Shown: one piece after another, positions 7,823 through 18,135 of the stretch | Layout: every line of letters begins with the position of its first letter | Position numbering within the stretch: the stretch's first letter is position 1 | Origin: Acetofilamentum sp. | Lineage (GTDB): Bacteria; Bacteroidota; Bacteroidia; Bacteroidales; JAADGE01 | NCBI GenBank assembly: GCA_020720705.1 | Contig: DYOJ01000003.1 | Span: forward strand, 1 to 36,553 | Direction of reading: 5' to 3' | Length of the DNA stretch: 36,553 bases | Position numbers and translations under genes: made by a program | The notes under the pieces: model-generated | Database searches by the model: none | What the model was told of the DNA's origin: nothing | Seen by the model: only the letters and a program-made list of their open reading frames with translations

Positions 7823-10800
7823 TTATAAAGGAGCTTTTCGTTTGTGCCTGAGTGCCTTAATCACCTTAGGCAGCTCAAGGAATTTTCCCAACCAACTGTA
7901 TTGCAGGCTTATCATCAAAAACAAGGTATATGTCCAAATAACAACAAGATTCACGCTGTATGTTTCATAATATAAGCCGAAAATGCGTTTTTTTGGCGCG
8001 TAAAAATGAGCCTTTAAAAATCGCTTCGGATATTGATATATCATGTCCGTTCGTCTGATAACACGGTCTTTATAAATGAAAGTTTTTTTAAATTCATTTT
8101 TATTCGTTACAAAATCGGCTAATCGTTCATTGTAACAATCCATTCGTAATTGTGTGTACTCTTGATTAAGAGAATCCGTTTTGGTTTGTTCTCGCACATA
8201 AGTTTGTTGCAAAATATAAGCATCGTTGAATTGTTTAATATAGAATCTGCTGAGGTCAGATAGATATGATTTCATATCGGAAATCATTTTTTTGTCAATA
8301 TTTTCAAATTTAGGGTTTTGCATCAATTCGTATGTTTTTACGAAAGGATTTTCTGCCTGCTCGTTTGAAAATTCTTTGACAATCAGCTCAAATGCGGCAC
8401 GAGCATCTTTTCCGGCGGATGTATCCGTCAAACTGTACTCGCAGGTTGTAAGCGCATTTTCCATATCTTTCAGCCACAAATCCTTCTTAAACGTGGCATT
8501 ACGCATAACACGTTCGGTTTTGAATATCGGTTTTTGATAATCGTTTTCAACAAATTGGTTTACAGCCAAGGCTTCGTACGCCCACCTCGCTGTCATTATT
8601 TCACCGTACCAGGGTATTGATTCCGGCGAGCTGACCGCCGGATTTAATTTCTCATATTGAACAATAATACCACTTAAAATAATTTGTGGAATTATTAAGA
8701 AAGGTATTGAAATATAGATAGTTACGCTTGTTTTGAATCCGTCCGAAATATTAAGTCCGAGTACAACGGCAAAGGTCCATGCCGAAAACAAAATCAGCCA
8801 ATAATCCCAATACATCCCTTTGATTTCCAAGATGGTATTCCCGATAAGCACAAATACAACAGCTTGATAGGCTGCAAGTGAGAATAATAGAAACATTTTT
8901 GACGAAAGATAGCTGACTCTGCTTAAATTCAAAAATGACTCGCGTTTCAGAATTTTACGGTCTTTGATAATTTCATCTGCGCTAACAGTTAAACCTACGA
9001 ACAAAGCCACAATAACCGCCATAAAGATGTATATCGGCAGATTTTCATTTTTTGAAAAAATATAGCCGGATTCATTTTCAAGGCTATAATATTTAATAAT
9101 ATAGGATAACAAAAAAGCTAATACCGGTGCTTCCGACAAATTGATTAATAAATATTGCATGTTGCCGATTTTTGAACGAAAATCTCGTTTCACAAATATC
9201 AGAAACTGCTTAAATTTGTTTGGCACCTTAAACGAAATTTCAGGCAAGGGTATTTTAGACACTTTGCGTTCTTCGGGAGGTTCCGGCTCTATGTTTTGCT
9301 TGTATTTTCTGAAATACGAAAACCATTCTACCGGCGAAACTTTACGGGTTGAAGTCCGATTTCCGTACTCATCCAGCACCTGCGATTCCAAAATATTGAA
9401 TACCTGCTCAGGATTTACATTTCCGCACACGGGACATTCTCCCGAGTTCCAATCGGCTTGTTTTGTTCCGGATTTGAAATAGACAACAGATTCCACAGGG
9501 TCGCCGTCATAGACAACATAACCGCCTTGGTCCACAATCATAAGCCTGTCGAACATTTTAAAAATTTCGGAAGACGGTTGATGAATAACCACAAAAATCA
9601 ACTTTCCCTTTAGTGCCAGCTCCTTTAAAATGTCTAAAATCATTTCAGAATCACGCGAAGAAAGTCCGGAGGTTGGTTCGTCCAAAAACAAAACGGCGGG
9701 TTCTCGTATCAGTTCGAGTGCAATATTGAGACGTTTTCGTTGTCCTCCGCTGATTTTTTTGTTTAGGGGGTTGCCCACTTTCAAGTCATTTATGGCAAAC
9801 AACCCAAGACTTTTTAACGTGGATATTACAAGTCGCAAAATTTTTCGTTTCGGATAATTTCCGAAACACAATTTAGCATTGTAGTATAAGTTTTCAAAAA
9901 CGGTTAAATCTTCAATCAGCAAATCATCTTGCGAAACAAATCCGATTATCCCCTCAATTGCATCTTTTTCGGTATGAACATTGTTGCCGTTTATCAAAAC
10001 TTCGCCTGTTGTAGGCGCATAGGTACCGTTGAGAACACTCAGTAACGTGGATTTTCCTGAACCCGAACCGCCCATAAGTCCGATTAATTTGCCGGAATGT
10101 TCCGTAAAATTTGTTTGGTTTATGCCGTAAGTTCCGTTCTTAAACCGATAGGAAATGTTGCGAGCTTCAAAAACAATGTCGTCTTTTTTGTCGCTGTCCA
10201 AAAAGGCGGAAACAATATCGCTGTAATAAATCGGTTTTCGTTTTACATCGCGCACAGCCGAACCGGGTGAAAGCACATACACACGGTCTTTGTGCATCAA
10301 CTGTCCGTTTAGATACAACTCTTTATCACCATGATATACAGTAAGATACATGTTCGACATGTGAGTCTTTAGAACGACTAAGGACTTATCAAACGTGGCA
10401 ACCTGAAGATGTCTGGTTTTAATATTTTCAAAAGTCGGTGTATTTGAAATCTGCAAAAAGTAAGAGGAGTCAGGTATTGATTTATAGGATTCAAACACCA
10501 ACTGTCTTAATTGATTATATTCTTTATCACTGACATAAAATGTTTCGGCAACTGTTTGTACAAACAATAGTTCTTGTTCGGTGGTTGTGCCTTCGGTATT
10601 TATAAATTCCAGAAGTCGCAAAACAACAATAGATTTTTGCTTCTTTGTGAGTTCTTTATTGATTACAGTGCAAATAGTAAGCACTCTGACAGAGCTTGCT
10701 GCAATATGTTTTTGACGTTTTTCGCCATTATTTTTTCGTTGATTTTTAGAATAATAATTATCGAAAACGATTAAATATTCATCTACAAGCTCTTGATTTA

Positions 10801-10912
10801 ATTGTTGTTTTAAAAAATCTTCAACCAAAGGGCGGCGACTTTCTTCATCACTGTCCGGACGGGCAATTATGGCAAACAGTTGCATCAAAGCTTTTAGAAT
10901 GCTCTCACTCAT
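7823..10912 (-). CDS. ABCG-type ABC transporter, fused ATPase-permease with an N-terminal regulatory region and a C-terminal helical domain
   Basis: 1029-aa ORF. Walker A GGSGSGKST (nt ~10046-10072), signature ISGGQRKR, Walker B LFLDEPTSGLS, and an H-loop IHQPS typical of the ABCG/White family. An ABC-2-like multi-TM region follows, then ~230 aa of soluble helical sequence and a terminal TM. The N-terminal ~150 aa look TerB-like and residues ~160-250 look FHA-like; both calls are tentative. Confidence 0.85.
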   Translation of the reverse strand: MSESILKALMQLFAIIARPDSDEESRRPLVEDFLKQQLNQELVDEYLIVFDNYYSKNQRKNNGEKRQKHIAASSVRVLTICTVINKELTKKQKSIVVLRLLEFINTEGTTTEQELLFVQTVAETFYVSDKEYNQLRQLVFESYKSIPDSSYFLQISNTPTFENIKTRHLQVATFDKSLVVLKTHMSNMYLTVYHGDKELYLNGQLMHKDRVYVLSPGSAVRDVKRKPIYYSDIVSAFLDSDKKDDIVFEARNISYRFKNGTYGINQTNFTEHSGKLIGLMGGSGSGKSTLLSVLNGTYAPTTGEVLINGNNVHTEKDAIEGIIGFVSQDDLLIEDLTVFENLYYNAKLCFGNYPKRKILRLVISTLKSLGLFAINDLKVGNPLNKKISGGQRKRLNIALELIREPAVLFLDEPTSGLSSRDSEMILDILKELALKGKLIFVVIHQPSSEIFKMFDRLMIVDQGGYVVYDGDPVESVVYFKSGTKQADWNSGECPVCGNVNPEQVFNILESQVLDEYGNRTSTRKVSPVEWFSYFRKYKQNIEPEPPEERKVSKIPLPEISFKVPNKFKQFLIFVKRDFRSKIGNMQYLLINLSEAPVLAFLLSYIIKYYSLENESGYIFSKNENLPIYIFMAVIVALFVGLTVSADEIIKDRKILKRESFLNLSRVSYLSSKMFLLFSLAAYQAVVFVLIGNTILEIKGMYWDYWLILFSAWTFAVVLGLNISDGFKTSVTIYISIPFLIIPQIILSGIIVQYEKLNPAVSSPESIPWYGEIMTARWAYEALAVNQFVENDYQKPIFKTERVMRNATFKKDLWLKDMENALTTCEYSLTDTSAGKDARAAFELIVKEFSNEQAENPFVKTYELMQNPKFENIDKKMISDMKSYLSDLSRFYIKQFNDAYILQQTYVREQTKTDSLNQEYTQLRMDCYNERLADFVTNKNEFKKTFIYKDRVIRRTDMIYQYPKRFLKAHFYAPKKRIFGLYYETYSVNLVVIWTYTLFLMISLQYSWLGKFLELPKVIKALRHKRKAPL

Positions 10913-10918
10913 GAATTA

Positions 10919-11335
10919 TTATTTGAAGCGTTTGTATCCGATTATGACCTCGACATTGTTTTGAGCATGAGCTTCAATATTTTTTGTAATAAGTTTGATT
11001 CGACACATTTGCGTCCGGTCGAAAGAAAAATCCCAGTAATCGGGACAACCGTATAACTGTCCGTCAAACAATATATTTCCGTTTATATCAATCATTTGCA
11101 TACACATTGGCGAAATAGATTTTGTTTGTATCAAAATACGGTAAGTATTTAAACTCAGAAAAACGAATCTAAACTCTGCAATACCGTCTTCATCAAAAAC
11201 AGCAATGTAGGTTTGTTCCGTCCCTGCAAATTCTCCGTCCAACACACTTTTGCCGTTATGTGCTTGTGCCGACAAAAAAGTTGTGTTGAAAATAAAACCG
11301 AACAATATTACAAAAAAAATCAAAATAAGACGCAT
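10919..11335 (-). CDS. Small secreted protein (signal peptide, uncharacterised)
   Basis: 138-aa ORF. The N-terminal hydrophobic signal MRLILIFFVILFGFIFNTTFLSAQA suggests Sec export. Its start lies 2 nt after the upstream stop, and its stop lies 6 nt before the ABC gene start. Confidence 0.65.
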   Translation of the reverse strand: MRLILIFFVILFGFIFNTTFLSAQAHNGKSVLDGEFAGTEQTYIAVFDEDGIAEFRFVFLSLNTYRILIQTKSISPMCMQMIDINGNILFDGQLYGCPDYWDFSFDRTQMCRIKLITKNIEAHAQNNVEVIIGYKRFK

Positions 11336-11337
11336 GA

Positions 11338-12258
11338 TTATACATTTTTGACGGAAACAATTTTATTTCTAAGCTGTTTAACCTTTTCCTCGATAGTATT
11401 GGTGTGATATTGTTCCGAATTATACTTAATTTTTGACACAACGTGCGTGTGTCTTTTATCAGCATTGGTTACAGGCGGCAAATAATCGTAACTATATGTA
11501 ATCCCGTCATATAAATAAGCTAAATCCAGCAAAGCGTCCAAAAATGAATCAAAATCAGCCGAATTTCCGTAATAGGGTTTTAATAGTGAGATAATATTAT
11601 CAAGCGTATATTTTTGCTCCGCCATGAAATCGGCTGTCATTATTGAATCGCCCTGTTGGTTTGTCATCAAATACATAGCCTCTATCCACGCACCAGACAG
11701 CATTAGCGAAGCTACATCAGTGCGATTATTCTCCGCCAAATAGTTTTGAATAGCAGTGATATTTTGTGATACGGACGTTAAAAGCGAATCTGCATTTTGT
11801 GTTGAACTGATTTTTGTAGATAGCTGCGACTGATTTATCGGATGAAAATTCAAATTATCAAGGATTGTTTTTACCGCATTCATAACCCTGTCAGCTTCCG
11901 GGTAGTTGCCGTGAACTATCAAATATGTATAATCGGCAGTATAAATTCCTAAATTAAGTGCTTGCTTTAATGTTGATGTATAAACACTTCCGTTTTCAGG
12001 ATTGTTTATTAACCCGGAAAAATCTTTAGTTGTATTTTGTTTTAAAAATTCCGAAAACTGAACGACAGAAGGGACACCGTAAGCTTTGCCGCCAAGTTTT
12101 ATCACATTTGAATTTAAGCTATCGTTTACAGACAACTCCGACAAACTGTCGGTGTGTTTAACAGATTCACCGCCGCAACCTGCAATTACAAACAACAAGT
12201 TGATTATCAATACGATAAAAGAAGTTCGTATGTGAAAGTAAAAAACTTTGGGAACCAT
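11338..12258 (-). CDS. Predicted lipoprotein (uncharacterised, probably all-helical)
   Basis: 306-aa ORF. The signal peptide ends in the lipobox-like FVIAGC followed by GGES. I recognise no family. Confidence 0.65.
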   Translation of the reverse strand: MVPKVFYFHIRTSFIVLIINLLFVIAGCGGESVKHTDSLSELSVNDSLNSNVIKLGGKAYGVPSVVQFSEFLKQNTTKDFSGLINNPENGSVYTSTLKQALNLGIYTADYTYLIVHGNYPEADRVMNAVKTILDNLNFHPINQSQLSTKISSTQNADSLLTSVSQNITAIQNYLAENNRTDVASLMLSGAWIEAMYLMTNQQGDSIMTADFMAEQKYTLDNIISLLKPYYGNSADFDSFLDALLDLAYLYDGITYSYDYLPPVTNADKRHTHVVSKIKYNSEQYHTNTIEEKVKQLRNKIVSVKNV

Positions 12259-12270
12259 GTAGCTGTGATT

Positions 12271-12300
12271 AAAAAAAAAGAGGGCATACCTCCCTCTTTT
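12271..12300 (-). terminator. Intrinsic terminator downstream of rplQ
   Basis: On the minus strand, AAAGAGGG-aggtatg-CCCTCTTT forms an 8-bp stem with a 7-nt loop and runs into a T-run. It lies 21 nt after the rplQ stop and 13 nt before the next ATG. Confidence 0.75.
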
Positions 12301-12320
12301 CCCTTTTTGGTATAAAAATA

Positions 12321-12809
12321 TTATTCTGATTTTGTTTGATCAGTTTTTTCGGTCTCAACTTTTTGTTCCGAATTTTTTATTTCACCTTTCTTTGAACTGC
12401 GTCTGGTTTTCTTTTTAGAAACGAGTTTTTCGCCGCTGAGTTTGTAGGTTTCATTATAATCCACCAATTCAATTATACACATCTCAGCATTGTCGCCAAG
12501 TCGCGCTCCCGTTTTTAATATTCTGGTGTAACCTCCCGGACGGTCAGATATTTTTGCGGAAATCTCTCGGAACAATTCAGAAACAGCATCTTTATCCTGC
12601 AGTTTTTTAAATATCATTCTGCGTGAATGCATTGTATCTTCTTTTGCTCTGTTTAAAAGCGGCTCTACATAAACGCGCAATTCTTTAGCTTTTGCGAGTG
12701 TAGTGTTAATTCTTTTATGCTCAATAAGTGAGATTGCCATGTTTTTCAGAAGTGCGCTTCTGTGTGAACTTGTTCTACCCAAATGGTTGAATTTCTTTCT
12801 GTGTCTCAT
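12321..12809 (-). CDS. rplQ: 50S ribosomal protein L17
   Basis: [24 protein letters not shown]... is the L17 signature. It follows rpoA and has a Lys/Glu-rich C-terminal extension. Confidence 0.95.
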   Translation of the reverse strand: MRHRKKFNHLGRTSSHRSALLKNMAISLIEHKRINTTLAKAKELRVYVEPLLNRAKEDTMHSRRMIFKKLQDKDAVSELFREISAKISDRPGGYTRILKTGARLGDNAEMCIIELVDYNETYKLSGEKLVSKKKTRRSSKKGEIKNSEQKVETEKTDQTKSE

Positions 12810-12812
12810 GTC

Positions 12813-13805
12813 CTATTCTTTGTCTAATTTATACTTTACAACATCCATACCAAAGCTCAACTGTCTGTCAATGAGCAATTCTTCTATTTCTGCAAGTGAT
12901 TTTTTACCAAAATTTCTGAATTTCAACAAATCATTTCGGTTGAAAACAACTAACTCTCCAAGTGTATCAATATCAGCTGCTTTAAGGCAATTCAATGCTC
13001 TTACGGACAAATCCATATCAACCAATTTTGTTTTTAACAACTGACGCATGTGCAAAATTTCTTCGTCAAATTCGTCATTTTCCTTTTTCTCTTCAGAATC
13101 CAATGTGATTTTTTCGTCTGAGAAGAGCATGAAATGATGAATCAGAATTCTTGCAGCTTCTTTAAGTGCATCTTTCGGTGTGATTGAGCCGTCTGTTAAA
13201 ATTTCAAAAATCAATTTTTCGTAGTCAGTTTTTTGCCCGACACGAAAATTCTCGACAGAATATTTAACATTCTTCATCGGTGTGTATATCGAATCAACAG
13301 CTATTACACCGTGCTCGCCTCCTGTGTATGAAGAATCTTCTGCAGAAACATACCCCCGACCTTTATCTATGGTAAGCTCAATTTGCAATCGGACATCCTT
13401 TTCCATAGAGCAGATTACGTGGTCAGCGTTTATCACCTCAAAAGCTGACAAAAAGTCGTTCATATCAGTCCCCCGGAACTTATCTTTTCCGGCGATATTT
13501 ATGATAACGCGTTCGCTGTCTAAGCTGCCGACTATTCTTCTGAATCTTATTTGTTTAAGGTTCAAAATTATTCTCGGCACATCCTCTATAACGCCCGCTA
13601 TTGTAGAAAATTCGTGGTCAACCCCCTCAATTTTCACTGTACTGATAGCGAAACCTTCGAGCGAAGAGAGCAGAATCCGTCTTAATGCGTTGCCTACCGT
13701 GATTCCGTATCCGGGTTCAAGCGGTCGGAACTCGAACTTTCCGTACATGCCGTCCGATTCGAGCATTATTACTTTATCCGGTTTTTGGAAATCTAAAATT
13801 GCCAT
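12813..13805 (-). CDS. rpoA: DNA-directed RNA polymerase subunit alpha
   Basis: 330-aa ORF. The N-terminal domain ([20 protein letters not shown]) and C-terminal domain ([15 protein letters not shown]) are conserved RpoA motifs. Confidence 0.97.
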   Translation of the reverse strand: MAILDFQKPDKVIMLESDGMYGKFEFRPLEPGYGITVGNALRRILLSSLEGFAISTVKIEGVDHEFSTIAGVIEDVPRIILNLKQIRFRRIVGSLDSERVIINIAGKDKFRGTDMNDFLSAFEVINADHVICSMEKDVRLQIELTIDKGRGYVSAEDSSYTGGEHGVIAVDSIYTPMKNVKYSVENFRVGQKTDYEKLIFEILTDGSITPKDALKEAARILIHHFMLFSDEKITLDSEEKKENDEFDEEILHMRQLLKTKLVDMDLSVRALNCLKAADIDTLGELVVFNRNDLLKFRNFGKKSLAEIEELLIDRQLSFGMDVVKYKLDKE

Positions 13806-13822
13806 GAGTAAATACTTAATTA

Positions 13823-14434
13823 TTAGTTTTTAGAATACAATTCCACAATTAACTGTTCCTTAATCGGTTCAGGTATCTCATCACGATTCGGTTTATTTAA
13901 AAACCTTCCGGACATTAAACTGTTATCCCACTCAATCCAACTGAATTTAGTGTATTTAGGTGCAGATAACGATTGTCCTATTACCTCCAAAGACTTCGAT
14001 TTTTCTCTTACAGAAACGATATCGCCTTCTCGTAATTGATACGACGGTATGTTTACTTTATTTCCGTTCACAAGTATGTGTCTGTGCGTAACGAGCTGAC
14101 GAGCAGCTGCTCTTGATGGGGCAATTCCCATACGAAAAACAACGTTGTCCAATCTGGATTCAAGCAATTGTAGGAAAACTTCGCCTGTAATACCTTTGCT
14201 TCTTACAGCTTTTTGAAACAAATTGTAAAATTGTTTTTCGAGTAAACCGTATGTAAAACGTGCTTTTTGCTTCTCTTTGAGCTGAACTCCGTACTCCGAA
14301 ATTTTTCTTCGCTTTTTTGTCGGTCCGAAAAATCCCGGAGGATAGGGTCTGCGTTCGTAATTTTTATCAGGTCCGTAAACCGGCGAGCCTAATTTACGTG
14401 CAATTTTTGATTTTGGTCCGGTATATCTTGCCAT
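13823..14434 (-). CDS. rpsD: 30S ribosomal protein S4
   Basis: [16 protein letters not shown]... starts at the internal ATG (14432-14434). The longer ORF-track start at 14485 would overlap rpsK. Confidence 0.95.
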   Translation of the reverse strand: MARYTGPKSKIARKLGSPVYGPDKNYERRPYPPGFFGPTKKRRKISEYGVQLKEKQKARFTYGLLEKQFYNLFQKAVRSKGITGEVFLQLLESRLDNVVFRMGIAPSRAAARQLVTHRHILVNGNKVNIPSYQLREGDIVSVREKSKSLEVIGQSLSAPKYTKFSWIEWDNSLMSGRFLNKPNRDEIPEPIKEQLIVELYSKN

Positions 14435-14454
14435 TATCTTTTGTATTTCTGTTA

Positions 14455-14850
14455 TTAAACTCTTCTTCGTTTTGCGGGTCTGCAACCATTATGAGGCATT
14501 GGCGTTACATCAACGATTTCCGACACAAGGATACCGACTGTATTTATTGCTCTTACGGCAGCTTCTCGTCCGTTTCCGGGTCCTTTTACAAAAACACGAA
14601 CTTTACGCAATCCTAAATCGAAAGCCTCTTTAGCACACTCCGTTGCAGCAGTTTGTGCTGCATAGGGCGTGTTCTTTTTTGAACCGCGAAACCCCATTTT
14701 TCCGGCTGAAGACCACGATATAGCCTGTCCTGAATCGTTTGTCATCGTTACAATTATATTGTTGAATGAAGAATGAACGTGCGCTTGACCGACAGCTTCA
14801 ATTTGCACTTTTTTTCTCTTAACGACTTTTGTTCTTTTTTTCTTTGACAT
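14455..14850 (-). CDS. rpsK: 30S ribosomal protein S11
   Basis: Conserved S11 sequence ([16 protein letters not shown]...[12 protein letters not shown]) at the expected operon position. Confidence 0.96.
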   Translation of the reverse strand: MSKKKRTKVVKRKKVQIEAVGQAHVHSSFNNIIVTMTNDSGQAISWSSAGKMGFRGSKKNTPYAAQTAATECAKEAFDLGLRKVRVFVKGPGNGREAAVRAINTVGILVSEIVDVTPMPHNGCRPAKRRRV

Positions 14851-14871
14851 CTTCTAAATATTTTGTCGAAA

Positions 14872-15222
14872 CTAGTTTACTCTTCTGATTTTTCGCGTTT
14901 TTGCGTTATTTTTTGTCTTTTGACCTCGCAACGGCAATCCGACTCGGTGTCTGATACCTCTGTAACATCCTATATCGCGCAAACGTTTTATGTTCATTTG
15001 CTTTTCTGAACGTAAAGCACCTTCGATAGTATAATTATTTACAATTATATTACGAATTTCTCCCTGTTGCTCATCTGTCCATTCTTTTACTTTGATGTCT
15101 TTATTGACATTAGCTTTCTCAAGAATTTCAACAGCAGAACTGCGTCCTATTCCATGTATGTAAGTCAGCGATATTTCGCCGCGTTTGTTGTCGGGTATGT
15201 CAACACCAGCTATACGTGCCAT
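14872..15222 (-). CDS. rpsM: 30S ribosomal protein S13
   Basis: [14 protein letters not shown]... is the S13 signature. At 116 aa the C-terminus is slightly short. Confidence 0.95.
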   Translation of the reverse strand: MARIAGVDIPDNKRGEISLTYIHGIGRSSAVEILEKANVNKDIKVKEWTDEQQGEIRNIIVNNYTIEGALRSEKQMNIKRLRDIGCYRGIRHRVGLPLRGQKTKNNAKTRKIRRVN

Positions 15223-15234
15223 ATTTTATCTTTT

Positions 15235-15351
15235 TTAACCTTGACGTTGTTTAAATTTTGGATTTTTTTTATTGATTACATAAATACGTCCCTTTCTTCT
15301 TACGATTTTACAATCAGCCGTTCTTGGTTTGACGGATGCTCTTACTTTCAT
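15235..15351 (-). CDS. rpmJ: 50S ribosomal protein L36
   Basis: Not in the ORF track because it is under 60 aa. Hand translation of the minus strand gives [38 protein letters not shown]. It sits between infA and rpsM as expected. Confidence 0.93.
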   Translation of the reverse strand: MKVRASVKPRTADCKIVRRKGRIYVINKKNPKFKQRQG

Positions 15352-15372
15352 ATTATCTTTTTTAAATGATTC

Positions 15373-15594
15373 CTAATTTTTGTATCGAAATGTTATTCTC
15401 CCTTTTGAGAAATCGTAAGGTGACATTTCTATTTTCACCTTGTCTCCGGGTAATATTTTAATGTAGTGCATCCTCATTTTTCCGGATATATGTGCTGTTA
15501 CTACATGCCCGTTTTCTAATTCCACACGAAACATTGCATTTGATAATGCCTCAGTAATAACACCGTCTTTTTCTATTGAAGATTGTTTTGCCAT
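15373..15594 (-). CDS. infA: Translation initiation factor IF-1
   Basis: 73-aa S1-like fold. [20 protein letters not shown]...[18 protein letters not shown] is canonical IF-1. Confidence 0.96.
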   Translation of the reverse strand: MAKQSSIEKDGVITEALSNAMFRVELENGHVVTAHISGKMRMHYIKILPGDKVKIEMSPYDFSKGRITFRYKN

Positions 15595-15603
15595 ATTAAA
15601 ATA

Positions 15604-16941
15604 TTAAACTGATACCGGAGCCGTGCCGCGTCCCTTGATTCTTCCTGTTTTCATAAGTCCATCATATCTACGCATAAGTAGATGACTTTCAATTTGTTGT
15701 AACGTATCTAATACTACTCCGACCATAATTAAAAGCGATGTGCCTCCAAAAAACATTGCGAATTGGTTGTTTACTCCGGCAATTTGTGCAAAAGAAGGTA
15801 AAATTGTTATAATAGCCAAAAAAATCGAACCGGGTAAGATAATTTTTGACATTGCTGAATCCAAAAATTCAACTGTTTTCTTTCCCGGTTTTATTCCGGG
15901 AATATACCCACCGTTCTTTTTCATTTCTTCTGCCATTTGTGTTGGATTTACCATAATTGCAGTATAAAAATACGTGAACACGATTACGAGTATTGCCAAT
16001 AACAAGTTATACCAAAAGCCTGTATAATCTGAGAATGCACGCCCTATTGAGGCAGTGGTTTCTGTATTAAAGCTGACTAAAGATGCAGGTATAAACATTA
16101 ATGCTTGTGCAAAAATAATCGGCATAACTCCGGCTGCATTCACTTTCAACGGGATATATTGTCGAACGCCTCCATATTGTTTGTTTCCAACGATTCGCTT
16201 TGCATATTGTACCGGCACTTTCCTTACAGCCTGTACCAATGCGATTGAGGCAACAAAAACCAAAAATAAAATTACAAGTTCGACAAGAAAGCTGAGAATG
16301 CCTCCGCTACCGGGACTCAGTCGGCTCACAACCTCGGCAGACAATGATGTTGGGAGCTTTGCGATAATTCCAATCATAATCAACAAGGAAATACCGTTTC
16401 CGATACCTTTGTCGGTAATTTTTTCTCCGAGCCACATCACAAACATAGTTCCGGCGACCATTATCATAACTGCCGAAAAAATGAACAATGTTTCGTTGTG
16501 AGCGACCAAAGCTCCGGGAATTTGATATTTCAAATTTGTTATGTACGCAAGCGACTGGAAAACTGTTATGATAACTGTTAAATATCTTGTCAATTGATTT
16601 ATCTTCTTTCTTCCGCTTTCACCTTCTTTTTGTAGTCGTTGAAAATACGGTACTGCCATCCCAAGCAGTTGAATAACAATGCTTGCTGAAATGTATGGCA
16701 TGATACCTAATGCAAACACAGATGCTTGACCAAAGGCACCACCGGAGAACATATTAATCAAAGCAACTATGCCGGAACTTGCCTGTTCTTGCAATGCTGT
16801 TAAACCAAGGGGGTCAACACCCGGCAATACAACATGTGCTCCTAAGCGATATATCAAAAGAAAACCGAGGGTCGCTATCAATTTTGCCCTCAGATCTTCA
16901 ATTTTGTAGATATTTTTAAGTGTTTGAATGAACTTTTTCAT
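15604..16941 (-). CDS. secY: Preprotein translocase subunit SecY
   Basis: 445-aa, roughly 10-TM protein with conserved SecY motifs, located after rplO. Confidence 0.96.
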   Translation of the reverse strand: MKKFIQTLKNIYKIEDLRAKLIATLGFLLIYRLGAHVVLPGVDPLGLTALQEQASSGIVALINMFSGGAFGQASVFALGIMPYISASIVIQLLGMAVPYFQRLQKEGESGRKKINQLTRYLTVIITVFQSLAYITNLKYQIPGALVAHNETLFIFSAVMIMVAGTMFVMWLGEKITDKGIGNGISLLIMIGIIAKLPTSLSAEVVSRLSPGSGGILSFLVELVILFLVFVASIALVQAVRKVPVQYAKRIVGNKQYGGVRQYIPLKVNAAGVMPIIFAQALMFIPASLVSFNTETTASIGRAFSDYTGFWYNLLLAILVIVFTYFYTAIMVNPTQMAEEMKKNGGYIPGIKPGKKTVEFLDSAMSKIILPGSIFLAIITILPSFAQIAGVNNQFAMFFGGTSLLIMVGVVLDTLQQIESHLLMRRYDGLMKTGRIKGRGTAPVSV

Positions 16942-16944
16942 TGG

Positions 16945-17391
16945 TTAAATTTTTTCAACTTTACCACCGGCTTTAACTATTGCTTCTTCGGCTGTTTTTG
17001 AAAAAGCGTGTGCCTTTACAGTTAGTGCCGAAGTTATTTCCCCTTGTCCCAAAATTTTCACTTTGTCATTTTTTGAGATAATGCCGACAGTCCACAAATA
17101 ATTTGCATCTATCTCATTTATTGAATTTGCAGTCGCCAAAGTTTGAATAGTTGAGACATTTACAGCTTTGTATTCAACTCTATTTACATTGTTGAAACCA
17201 AATTTTGGTAATCGTCTGTGAATAGGCATCTGTCCACCTTCAAAGCCGACTCTTCTCGAGTAACCGGAACGAGACTTTTGTCCTTTGTGCCCTCGTGTAG
17301 ATGTTCTGCCGTGCCCTGAGCCGATACCTCGACCAATACGTTTTGTTTTTTTTACCGAGCCTTCTGCCGGTTTCAAATTCGATAACTCCAT
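16945..17391 (-). CDS. rplO: 50S ribosomal protein L15
   Basis: [39 protein letters not shown] is the L15 signature. Confidence 0.95.
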   Translation of the reverse strand: MELSNLKPAEGSVKKTKRIGRGIGSGHGRTSTRGHKGQKSRSGYSRRVGFEGGQMPIHRRLPKFGFNNVNRVEYKAVNVSTIQTLATANSINEIDANYLWTVGIISKNDKVKILGQGEITSALTVKAHAFSKTAEEAIVKAGGKVEKI

Positions 17392-17407
17392 GGTTGTATC
17401 TGTTAGC

Positions 17408-17590
17408 TTATTTTACGATTTCTATTTTAACGAGGTGATTGACTTTTTCAATCATACCTTTAATTTGAGGAGTATTTTCATGCTCAACTGTACGCCCCAT
17501 ACGCTTTATTCCCAAAGCAGCCATGGTTAATTTTTGCCTTTTTGATGCTCCAATGATACTTTTGGTTTGCGTAATTTTAACTTTTTCCAT
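17408..17590 (-). CDS. rpmD: 50S ribosomal protein L30
   Basis: [14 protein letters not shown]... starts at the internal ATG (17588-17590). The longer track start would overlap rpsE. Confidence 0.92.
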   Translation of the reverse strand: MEKVKITQTKSIIGASKRQKLTMAALGIKRMGRTVEHENTPQIKGMIEKVNHLVKIEIVK

Positions 17591-17603
17591 GCTGGTGTTT
17601 ATT

Positions 17604-18122
17604 CTATCCGTTAAATACATTCATTATTGAAACGCCTCGGTGATCGGCAACAGTTGCGGCATCCCGTAATTCAGTCAATGCGACAAAAGTTGCTTTTACC
17701 AAATTATGAGGATTGGAAGACCCTTTAGACTTTGCTAACACATCCTTTATCCCTACACTTTCTAATACCGCTCGCATAGCACCTCCGGCTTTAACGCCTG
17801 TTCCGTGTGAGGCAGGAATCATAAGAACTCGTGCTCCTCCGAATTTTGAAGATTGCTCGTGTGGTATTGTTCCGTTCTTGATAGGAACTTTAATGAGATT
17901 CTTCTTCGCATCTTCAATACCTTTTTGGATTGCTGTTGTTACTTCTCCCGCTTTTCCGAGACCATAGCCAACTACACCGTTTTCATCACCGACTACTACT
18001 ATAGCCGCAAATGTAAATGTGCGCCCTCCTTTCGTTACTTTGGTAACTCTGTTTATTGCAACAAGCCTGTCTTTTAATTCGACTTCTGTTACTCTGACTT
18101 TTTTTTGGTTTTTATCTGACAT
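17604..18122 (-). CDS. rpsE: 30S ribosomal protein S5
   Basis: Conserved S5 sequence ([21 protein letters not shown]) at the expected operon position. Confidence 0.96.
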   Translation of the reverse strand: MSDKNQKKVRVTEVELKDRLVAINRVTKVTKGGRTFTFAAIVVVGDENGVVGYGLGKAGEVTTAIQKGIEDAKKNLIKVPIKNGTIPHEQSSKFGGARVLMIPASHGTGVKAGGAMRAVLESVGIKDVLAKSKGSSNPHNLVKATFVALTELRDAATVADHRGVSIMNVFNG

Positions 18123-18135
18123 AATTATTCTTACC

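Noticed and set aside
13282-13833. Long antisense ORFs opposite highly expressed genes: 183 aa opposite rpoA, 203 aa at 20205-20816 opposite rplX/rplN, 148 aa at 16055-16501 opposite secY, 107-113 aa ORFs opposite the R-M and ABC genes, and 89-97 aa ORFs opposite the thiolase gene.
   Set aside because: Each lies fully inside a confidently identified gene on the other strand. Their translations are low-complexity (Ser/Phe/Ile-rich) with no recognisable motifs. Biased codon usage commonly depletes stop codons in the antisense frame.
14353-14361. Extra occurrences of the GTTCGTAAT / TTCGTAAT motif inside coding regions (14353 in rpsD, 6447 and 8142 in the R-M and ABC genes).
   Set aside because: The 7-8-mers are short enough to recur by chance in 73 kb of two-strand sequence. 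Only the intergenic, inverted-repeat occurrences were kept as a finding.
14435-14485. Longer ORF-track starts for rpsD (14485) and rpmD (17620).
   Set aside because: They would overlap the preceding rpsK and rpsE genes. The internal ATGs give the canonical MARYTGPK... and MEKVKITQ... N-termini.
15595-15603. Absence of adk and map between secY and infA, and of tuf after fusA.
   Set aside because: All junctions are short and intact with no pseudogene remnants. Several bacterial lineages, including many Bacteroidota as far as I recall, place these genes elsewhere, so this is probably lineage-typical rather than a deletion.
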